Source: a virus
Lineage: Duplodnaviria > Heunggongvirae > Uroviricota > Caudoviricetes
Strand: one strand, 5' to 3'
IMG/VR virus record: IMGVR_UViG_3300029623_000256
DNA length: 5,226 bases
The notes under the pieces are model-generated. The model saw only the letters and a list, made by a program, of their open reading frames with translations, made no database searches and had not been told where the DNA came from. Of this stretch, positions 1 through 5,226 are shown piece after piece. Each line of letters opens with the position of its first letter. Within the stretch, counting starts at the first letter, position 1. Made by a program: the position numbers and the translations under genes.

Positions 1-71
1 ATGACTGGACGGGGGCGTTAATTGCGCTTTGCGGCATGTTGATCATTGTTGCGGGCTGGGGGCGCACGTAG
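1..71 (+). CDS. ynfA: 3' end of a small inner-membrane protein gene (YnfA/UPF0060-like), truncated at the left window edge
   Basis: The frame beginning at nt 3 reads DWTGALIALCGMLIIVAGWGRT and stops at TAG 69-71. It is a hydrophobic transmembrane-like C-terminus, and its position upstream of rspA matches the ynfA-rspA-rspB arrangement I recall in E. coli. Only 23 codons are visible, so identity rests on recalled synteny. Confidence 0.45.
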   Translation, partial: DWTGALIALCGMLIIVAGWGRT

Positions 72-108
72 GAACATAAATCCATTTTATCAATAAGATA
101 CGAGGAAG

Positions 109-240
109 TGTCAGCTGACAAAAGGTATTCTGTTTCATCTTTTGTCAACCATTCACGGCGCAAATATACGCCTTTTTTTGTGATCACTCCGGCTTTTTTT
201 GATCTTCATACTTGTATGGTAGTAGCTCAGTTGCGTAGAT
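109..240 (+). promoter_or_regulatory. rspA upstream regulatory region with a candidate sigma70 promoter and palindromic candidate operators
   Basis: Seen in sequence: TTGTCA (142-147), 17-nt spacer, TATACG (165-170) as a -35/-10 candidate; a perfect 12-bp palindrome TGTCAGCTGACA (109-120); an 8-bp palindrome GTGATCAC (180-187) overlapping a CRP-like half-site TGTGA (179-183) and flanked by two T7 runs (173-179, 194-200). The AAGGAA ribosome-binding site at 264-269 lies 8 nt before the rspA ATG. The transcription start is not determinable from sequence alone. Confidence 0.25.
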
Positions 241-276
241 TTCATGCATCACGACAAGCGATGCAAGGAATCGAAC

Positions 277-1476
277 ATGAAGATCGTAAAGGCTGAAGTT
301 TTTGTTACCTGTCCGGGGCGTAATTTCGTCACATTAAAAATCACCACTGAGGACGGTATTACGGGCCTTGGGGATGCCACCCTAAATGGACGTGAGCTTT
401 CCGTGGCCTCTTATTTGCAGGATCACCTTTGTCCGCAGCTTATTGGTCGCGATGCACACCGTATCGAAGATATCTGGCAGTTTTTCTATAAAGGTGCTTA
501 CTGGCGTCGCGGTCCGGTTACGATGTCGGCCATTTCAGCGGTTGATATGGCGCTGTGGGATATTAAAGCCAAAGCTGCCAACATGCCGCTTTACCAGTTA
601 CTCGGCGGCGCGTCTCGTGAAGGGGTGATGGTTTATTGCCATACCACCGGTCACAGTATTGATGAAGCTCTGGATGATTATGCCCGTCATCAGGAGCTGG
701 GATTCAAAGCCATCCGCGTGCAGTGCGGAATCCCTGGTATGAAAACCACCTACGGCATGTCGAAAGGTAAAGGTCTGGCTTATGAACCCGCAACCAAAGG
801 ACAGTGGCCGGAAGAGCAGCTGTGGTCGACGGAGAAATACCTCGATTTCATGCCGAAATTGTTTGACGCGGTACGTAACAAGTTTGGTTTTGATGAACAT
901 CTGCTGCATGACATGCACCATCGCTTAACGCCTATTGAAGCGGCGCGCTTTGGTAAGAGCATTGAAGATTATCGCATGTTCTGGATGGAAGACCCGACGC
1001 CTGCGGAAAACCAGGAATGCTTCCGTCTCATTCGCCAACATACCGTCACACCCATCGCGGTGGGTGAAGTCTTCAACAGCATCTGGGACTGCAAACAACT
1101 GATTGAAGAGCAACTCATCGATTATATCCGCACCACGCTGACCCATGCAGGCGGAATTACCGGTATGCGTCGGATTGCCGATTTTGCTTCGCTGTATCAG
1201 GTACGTACTGGCTCACACGGTCCTTCCGATTTGTCACCAGTCTGCANNNNNNNNNNNNNNNNNNNNNNNNNNNNNNNNNNNNNNNNCATGGGTTATTCCG
1301 AACAAATGCTCGAAGTCTTCCCGCACAACTGGACTTTCGATAACGGCTATATGCATCCGGGAGAAAAACCGGGCCTTGGCATCGAATTCGATGAAAAGCT
1401 GGCGGCGAAATATCCCTATGAACCTGCTTATCTGCCAGTCGCACGTCTGGAAGATGGCACGCTGTGGAACTGGTAA
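277..1476 (+). CDS. rspA: Starvation-sensing protein RspA, an enolase-superfamily mannonate/galactonate dehydratase-family enzyme
   Basis: The translation [40 protein letters not shown]...LEDGTLWNW is recognisable as E. coli RspA. The start at ATG 277 is preferred over the ORF-track start at 244 because of the AAGGAA site 8 nt upstream. The stop is TAA 1474-1476. The CDS contains a 40-nt N run (1247-1286), so 14 codons are unknown. The visible product is 399 aa against a recalled 404 aa for RspA, so the N run may not equal the true length. Confidence 0.93.
   Translation: MKIVKAEVFVTCPGRNFVTLKITTEDGITGLGDATLNGRELSVASYLQDHLCPQLIGRDAHRIEDIWQFFYKGAYWRRGPVTMSAISAVDMALWDIKAKAANMPLYQLLGGASREGVMVYCHTTGHSIDEALDDYARHQELGFKAIRVQCGIPGMKTTYGMSKGKGLAYEPATKGQWPEEQLWSTEKYLDFMPKLFDAVRNKFGFDEHLLHDMHHRLTPIEAARFGKSIEDYRMFWMEDPTPAENQECFRLIRQHTVTPIAVGEVFNSIWDCKQLIEEQLIDYIRTTLTHAGGITGMRRIADFASLYQVRTGSHGPSDLSPVCXXXXXXXXXXXXXXMGYSEQMLEVFPHNWTFDNGYMHPGEKPGLGIEFDEKLAAKYPYEPAYLPVARLEDGTLWNW
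1247..1286. other. Run of 40 ambiguous bases (N) inside rspA, either an assembly gap or masked sequence
   Basis: Literal n characters in the sequence. The rspA frame is the same on both sides of the run. Confidence 0.97.
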
Positions 1477-1487
1477 GGAGTAAGGTA

Positions 1488-2507
1488 ATGAAAAGCATTT
1501 TAATTGAAAAACCGAATCAACTGTCGATTATCGAACGTGAAATACCCACCCCGTCAGCGGGTGAAGTACGAGTAAAAGTTAAACTTGCCGGAATTTGTGG
1601 TTCAGATAGCCATATTTACCGTGGGCATAATCCTTTTGCGAAATATCCGCGCGTCATTGGTCATGAATTCTTTGGCGTCATTGATGCAGTGGGTGACGGC
1701 GTGGAAAGCGCCAGAGTCGGTGAACGCGTTGCTGTCGATCCGGTGGTCAGCTGTGGGCATTGCTATCCGTGCTCTATAGGTAAGCCGAACGTTTGTACGA
1801 CACTTGCTGTATTAGGTGTGCACGCTGACGGTGGTTTCAGTGAATATGCCGTGGTTCCGGCAAAAAATGCGTGGAAAATTCCTGAAGCAGTGGCCGATCA
1901 ATATGCGGTGATGATCGAACCTTTTACCATTGCGGCTAACGTTACCGGTCATGGTCAACCGACTGAAAATGATACCGTTCTGGTTTACGGTGCCGGCCCA
2001 ATCGGCCTGACGATCGTTCAGGTATTAAAAGGCGTCTATAACGTTAAAAATGTGATTGTTGCCGATCGCATTGATGAACGACTGGAAAAAGCGAAAGAGA
2101 GCGGGGCAGACTGGGCGATTAATAACAGCCAGACACCGCTTGGCGAGAGTTTCGCTGAAAAAGGCATCAAGCCGACTTTAATTATCGATGCCGCTTGTCA
2201 TCCTTCAATCTTGAAAGAGGCCGTAACGCTGGCTTCTCCAGCGGCACGTATTGTATTGATGGGCTTCTCCAGTGAACCGTCTGAAGTGATTCAGCAAGGA
2301 ATTACCGGCAAAGAACTCTCTATTTTCTCTTCACGCTTAAATGCAAATAAATTCCCGGTCGTTATCGACTGGTTAAGTAAAGGGTTAATTAAACCAGAAA
2401 AACTAATTACCCATACGTTTGATTTCCAGCATGTTGCGGATGCCATTAGTTTATTTGAACAGGATCAAAAACATTGCTGCAAAGTCTTACTCACTTTTTC
2501 TGAATAA
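1488..2507 (+). CDS. rspB: Starvation-sensing protein RspB, a zinc-binding medium-chain alcohol/polyol dehydrogenase
   Basis: The translation MKSILIEKPNQLSIIEREIPTPSAGEVRVKVKLAGICGSDSHIYRGH... carries a GHEFFG zinc-ligand region, a C-x2-C-x2-C-x7-C structural zinc motif (CGHCYPCSIGKPNVC) and a GAGPIG Rossmann motif. It is 339 aa, matching recalled RspB. An AAGGAG site at 1475-1480 overlaps the rspA stop codon and sits 7 nt before ATG 1488, indicating translational coupling. The ORF-track start at GTG 1464 is rejected. Confidence 0.95.
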   Translation: MKSILIEKPNQLSIIEREIPTPSAGEVRVKVKLAGICGSDSHIYRGHNPFAKYPRVIGHEFFGVIDAVGDGVESARVGERVAVDPVVSCGHCYPCSIGKPNVCTTLAVLGVHADGGFSEYAVVPAKNAWKIPEAVADQYAVMIEPFTIAANVTGHGQPTENDTVLVYGAGPIGLTIVQVLKGVYNVKNVIVADRIDERLEKAKESGADWAINNSQTPLGESFAEKGIKPTLIIDAACHPSILKEAVTLASPAARIVLMGFSSEPSEVIQQGITGKELSIFSSRLNANKFPVVIDWLSKGLIKPEKLITHTFDFQHVADAISLFEQDQKHCCKVLLTFSE

Positions 2508-2564
2508 TACCAATAACGGCGAGTAAGTAGTACGCATCTTACCTCTTTTTTAGAGATAACCATT

Positions 2565-2669
2565 ATGACAATAGAAAAACACGAAAGAAGCACTAAGGAT
2601 TTGGTGAAAGCAGCAGTATCGGGATGGTTGGGCACTGCGCTTGAATTTATGGATTTCAAGAGTCATTGA
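2565..2669 (+). pseudogene. ydfJ: 5' fragment (34 codons) of an MFS metabolite:H+ symporter gene (ydfJ-like), truncated by prophage insertion
   Basis: ATG 2565 opens MTIEKHERSTKDLVKAAVSGWLGTALEFMDFKSH followed by TGA 2667-2669. The G-x3-E-x-x-DF segment resembles the conserved N-terminal signature of ProP/KgtP-type MFS transporters. The frame ends abruptly about 25 nt before the integrase stop codon, consistent with the Qin-type insertion into ydfJ recalled for E. coli K-12. Confidence 0.6.
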
Positions 2670-2697
2670 TAGTAACTATTTGATAATTAACAGTTTA
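2660..2697. other. Probable prophage/chromosome junction (att core region) between the truncated ydfJ fragment and the integrase 3' end
   Basis: AT-rich segment tcattgatagtaactatttgataattaacagtttaatt lying where the host reading frame is lost and the integrase stop (TAA, complement of 2695-2697) begins. Phage att sites typically abut the integrase 3' end. The exact core cannot be defined without the other prophage end or an empty-site allele. Confidence 0.35.
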
Positions 2698-3960
2698 ATT
2701 TTGCGTCGCCTTGTTTTGGGGCATGGTTGGGGCAAACTCGCTTAGCTGTGTATTTAACAGGGCTACCTGTGCATTATTGTTTTCAGACATCCATTTCCCG
2801 TATACCTGAAACACCATTTGCGCATCTGCATGTCCCATCTGGTTTGCTATGAATGCCGGGTTGGCACCGGCTGTCAGCGACCAGCAGGCATAAGTATGTC
2901 TCGACTGATATGATTTGCGGTGGCGGAGGCCAGCGCGCTTTATCGCTGCGTCCCACATCTGCCTTATTGAGTCAACGGTAAAATGGTCACCATAATTTTT
3001 TACTCTCGCTGACACTTCAGGTTGAAAAACAAAGGTGCATTTTTGTTTTTCTGTTCTGCCAAACTCTCTGAGGTGAACGTCAATAATATGCTCTTTGCTC
3101 AGCCTCGTTANNNNNNNNNNGATTGCAGGCTTGATAAGGTGAATTACCCGATTGGTACCAGCCTGTGTTTTCGGTACCGTAAAACGATCTTTTGCTAAAT
3201 TTCTTCTGATCATCATTGTTCCATTTTTCAGATCTATGTCCTCCCAGCCAAGCGCGCACAGCTCACCAGGGCGAATGCCTGTATAAACAGAAACGCACCA
3301 TAAATTTTTGGCCTGCTGATTCCTGCAGGCGTCGATAAGACGGATAAATTCCTCCCGTGAAAGAGGATCAGGAATGGTTCTTGATTCCTTTAATGGCGAG
3401 ATCCCCTTAAACGGATTATCTGCCAGGTAACCGTTATCAACACCAAACTGGAACACGGCGTAAAGATTTGTCATGTAATTATTTACGGTGACAGCCGATC
3501 TCCCCGGTTGCGTAACAATATAATTACTTTTGGGGATCTGGTATCCAGTAAGTAACTCTTTACGTACCGCCAGCAATTTTTCTTTATTAATCGACGATGC
3601 AAGATTTTTTTCACCGATTATGCTCAGAATATTTTTGATGACGGCACGGTACGTGTTGAGTGACGTTTTTGCGACTTCCGTTTCTTTCAGTGCCAGAAAT
3701 TTTTCAGCCAGTTCCTTTATGGTTAAATCTTGTCGGGCCTCACCAAATTTTTCCAGATTGTGTGAGGAGGGAAACTGTTTTGCATAGTCGAAAACACCAG
3801 TTTTTATTGCGTAACAAACAGAGGCGCGCAGCTCACCTGCAATGCGCCTGTTTTTTGCCGTGTCAGGAACCCCCAGATTTTCTCTGACTCTTACACCTTT
3901 ATAAACAAACCAGATACGCAATTTCCCTCCATGGTTTTCCACGCCTGTCGGATATTTCAT
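2695..3960 (-). CDS. int: Prophage site-specific tyrosine recombinase (lambdoid, Qin-site-type integrase)
   Basis: A 421-aa product beginning MKYPTGVENHGGKLRIWFVYKGVRVRENL (arm-binding N-terminal domain typical of phage integrases). The C-terminal region has tyrosine-recombinase box motifs: GIRPGEL, SRHTYACW, MGHAD and a candidate catalytic Tyr in QVYGKW. The start at ATG 3960 has a purine-rich AGAGAAG stretch upstream; the ORF-track start at 3975 has no ribosome-binding site. The CDS contains a 10-nt N run (3111-3120), so 4 codons are unknown. Confidence 0.9.
   Translation of the reverse strand: MKYPTGVENHGGKLRIWFVYKGVRVRENLGVPDTAKNRRIAGELRASVCYAIKTGVFDYAKQFPSSHNLEKFGEARQDLTIKELAEKFLALKETEVAKTSLNTYRAVIKNILSIIGEKNLASSINKEKLLAVRKELLTGYQIPKSNYIVTQPGRSAVTVNNYMTNLYAVFQFGVDNGYLADNPFKGISPLKESRTIPDPLSREEFIRLIDACRNQQAKNLWCVSVYTGIRPGELCALGWEDIDLKNGTMMIRRNLAKDRFTVPKTQAGTNRVIHLIKPAIXXXXTRLSKEHIIDVHLREFGRTEKQKCTFVFQPEVSARVKNYGDHFTVDSIRQMWDAAIKRAGLRHRKSYQSRHTYACWSLTAGANPAFIANQMGHADAQMVFQVYGKWMSENNNAQVALLNTQLSEFAPTMPQNKATQN
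3111..3120. other. Run of 10 ambiguous bases (N) inside the integrase gene
   Basis: Literal n characters. The integrase frame is maintained across the run. Confidence 0.97.
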
Positions 3961-3994
3961 TTCAGCTTCTCTCATTGGTTAGTGTGGCTTTTAG

Positions 3995-4246
3995 TCAAGT
4001 AAGATGGCGTCTTGGTCTTGCTAATGCCTGGCGCTCAATCCAGCGGTCAATTTCTTCCAGGTTGTAAAAGCATGGGCTGTTATCCCATGGCATACAGTCA
4101 TGGGCGACATGCTTATACTCTCTTCCTTCCATAAACGATTTTTCCCTGGCTTTTTTTAGCGTTCCCTTTTTTATTCCTTTCAGTGCAATTAGCTGTTCTT
4201 CGGATACCCATTTACCGGGAGAGACAATCATGACTACTTCGCTCAT
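3995..4246 (-). CDS. xis: Excisionase (lambda Xis-like winged-helix recombination directionality factor)
   Basis: An 83-aa basic protein encoded immediately upstream of int on the same strand, with a 34-nt gap. The segment KKGTLKKAREKSFMEGREYKHVAHD resembles the lambda Xis region ending DGREYLFHESA. An AAGAG purine-rich site precedes ATG 4246. Confidence 0.7.
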   Translation of the reverse strand: MSEVVMIVSPGKWVSEEQLIALKGIKKGTLKKAREKSFMEGREYKHVAHDCMPWDNSPCFYNLEEIDRWIERQALARPRRHLT

Positions 4247-4315
4247 TGCTTTTATCTCTTACTTCAGATGAGCGCCGGTTGCAGAATACCAGTTACAACC
4301 GGCGATGGTTGAACA

Positions 4316-5226
4316 TTAAAAATCAGCCTGACTCGGGATCAGTTTTTGCCAGATAGCTGAAACGTATTTTGCCTGGTAACGGGCGTCATCAAGTGCATTG
4401 TGGCGCTCACCGTCGAATGGAATATCCGTTCTGGCATCGAAGTTCAGGGTTTTTCCCAGCTCAACGATTGTGCGCACATCGCGATCGTTGCAATAACGCC
4501 ACGGGCAGGGGATCCCCTGCCGTTCGTATGAACGGCGTAAAATCACGTTGTCGAAGTTGGCTCCATTTCCCCAGACCTGAACAAAAAATTCACCGGAGTT
4601 TTCGTCGATAAATTCCCGCAATTGCAGTAGTGCATCATCTAACGGGATTTCATCGGTCAGAATGGCAGATTGCGCCTCGCGTGATTGCTTAAGCCACCAT
4701 TTAATGACGTCACGATCAATGACTCCGCCAGCAGTATCCAGATCGATGGTCTTGCTAAATTCCGGCCCCATCTCTCCGGTTTCGGGATCAAAGAATTTAC
4801 CGCCAATAGAGTTGATTGGCGCATCAGGATTTGTTCCCATCGTTTCAAGGTCGATCATCAGATGGTGCCACACTCTGCTGGTGGATGTGATAACGTGATG
4901 ACCGTTCACCGCAATTAAGGAATCTGCCGTCTCGCCAGTTTCATTATCGCTGGCGTGGTCCTGAGCGCTGCCAGCATTCTCCTTGTGTGGATGTTCAGCG
5001 CCTTCCATTTCCTCCGGATCATTTTCCTGAACTTCAGCCTGATTCTCTTCATCGAATGTTTCCTGGTATGTTGCGTCGCCCATCACCGCACCACAATCAG
5101 GGCAGTTGCCGCCGCCGGTCTGACCACAGGCGGTGCAGACTTTTTCCGCTTCCTGTTGCGCTACTGGCTCAGGTTGTTTCGTTTCTGGCTCGTTTTGTAA
5201 CGCATTTGGGCTGTTTTGTTCCGCTT
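4316..5226 (-). CDS. Prophage exonuclease with a C-terminal DEDDh (DnaQ-like) 3'-5' exonuclease domain, preceded by an acidic linker and a CxxC-x7-CxxC zinc ribbon; the 5' end lies beyond the right window edge
   Basis: The three DEDDh motifs are visible: Exo I MIDLETMG, Exo [13 protein letters not shown], Exo [16 protein letters not shown]. The ORF-track start at 5086 is a GTG, and the same frame stays open upstream to the window edge (...[48 protein letters not shown]...), so the gene is 5'-truncated by the window. The stop is TAA, complement of 4316-4318. Confidence 0.85.
   Translation of the reverse strand, partial: AEQNSPNALQNEPETKQPEPVAQQEAEKVCTACGQTGGGNCPDCGAVMGDATYQETFDEENQAEVQENDPEEMEGAEHPHKENAGSAQDHASDNETGETADSLIAVNGHHVITSTSRVWHHLMIDLETMGTNPDAPINSIGGKFFDPETGEMGPEFSKTIDLDTAGGVIDRDVIKWWLKQSREAQSAILTDEIPLDDALLQLREFIDENSGEFFVQVWGNGANFDNVILRRSYERQGIPCPWRYCNDRDVRTIVELGKTLNFDARTDIPFDGERHNALDDARYQAKYVSAIWQKLIPSQADF

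Noticed and set aside
244-276. Longer rspA start at ATG 244 ([11 protein letters not shown] extension) and longer rspB start at GTG 1464
   Set aside because: The downstream ATGs at 277 and 1488 each have a well-spaced AAGGA-type ribosome-binding site and give products beginning MKIVK and MKSIL, matching the recalled protein N-termini. The rspB extension would also overlap the rspA C-terminus.
108-296. 62-aa ORF on the + strand spanning the rspA upstream region and start
   Set aside because: It has no ribosome-binding site, overlaps the promoter region and the well-supported rspA start in a different frame, and its translation has no recognisable features. It is most likely a chance ORF.
386-1498. 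Several overlapping and antisense ORFs inside rspA (386-628 +, 598-921 -, 780-962 -, 925-1146 -, 1145-1483 +, 1157-1498 -)
   Set aside because: These are shadow ORFs within a well-supported gene. They are short, lack ribosome-binding sites, and two of them run through the N-masked region.
1585-1779. 64-aa + strand ORF inside rspB in another frame
   Set aside because: It lies entirely within the rspB coding sequence, has no independent signal, and is a frame-shifted artefact.
2465-2659. 64-aa - strand ORF across the rspB 3' end and the transporter fragment
   Set aside because: It is antisense to two + strand features that have good coding evidence, has no ribosome-binding site, and its translation is low in complexity. 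It is probably spurious.
2660-2700. A tRNA or tmRNA gene as the prophage integration target
   Set aside because: No tRNA-like cloverleaf or conserved T-loop/anticodon-arm sequence is evident near the junction. The insertion appears to be within a protein-coding gene.
3530-3887. Two + strand ORFs (85 and 75 aa) antisense to the integrase gene
   Set aside because: They are embedded in the integrase coding region on the opposite strand with no start signals. Antisense genes exist in phages, but nothing in the sequence supports these.
3961-3975. Integrase start at ATG 3975 (MREAEMKYPTG...)
   Set aside because: There is no purine-rich ribosome-binding site upstream of 3975, whereas ATG 3960 has AGAGAAG upstream and gives the N-terminus MKYPTGVENHGGK typical of this integrase family. 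The 5-codon extension cannot be strictly excluded.
4273-4304. Reading the 9-bp inverted repeat as a rho-independent terminator
   Set aside because: There is no U-rich tract after the stem on either strand. It is kept as a structural or regulatory candidate rather than a terminator.
4369-5200. Several + strand and alternative-frame ORFs overlapping the exonuclease gene (4369-4611, 4657-4848 -, 4662-4898, 4685-4918, 4955-5200)
   Set aside because: All overlap a gene with clear DEDDh motifs and a continuous frame. The last one has a membrane-like hydrophobic translation, but that is typical of antisense reading of GC-rich coding sequence.
1-5226. CRISPR array, tandem repeats or insertion sequence
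   Set aside because: I see no regularly spaced direct repeats, no terminal inverted repeats flanking a transposase-like ORF, and no transposase-like translation in any frame.

Overview
This window looks like an Escherichia/Shigella-type chromosome segment running into one end of an integrated lambdoid prophage at the Qin-type site. Left to right: the last 23 codons of a small membrane protein (ynfA-like, + strand); the rspA-rspB operon (+ strand; enolase-superfamily dehydratase RspA, then zinc-dependent dehydrogenase RspB, with the rspB ribosome-binding site overlapping the rspA stop); a 34-codon 5' remnant of an MFS transporter gene (ydfJ-like) cut off by the insertion; and, on the - strand, a prophage integration module of tyrosine integrase, a lambda-Xis-like excisionase, and the 3' part of a large exonuclease gene with a DEDDh (DnaQ-like) 3'-5' exonuclease domain, whose reading frame stays open to the right edge. 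Two runs of N (40 nt inside rspA, 10 nt inside the integrase gene) are masked or unresolved bases. I do not see a CRISPR array, tRNA or rRNA gene, IS element or any obviously novel multi-gene system inside the window. The most interesting items are the prophage/host junction inside ydfJ, the apparently intact int-xis pair, the zinc-ribbon/acidic-linker/DEDDh architecture of the edge-truncated exonuclease, and a perfect 12-bp palindrome upstream of rspA. Any novel prophage cargo would lie beyond the right edge. All homology statements are from reading the translations by eye and recalling protein families; no database search was run.
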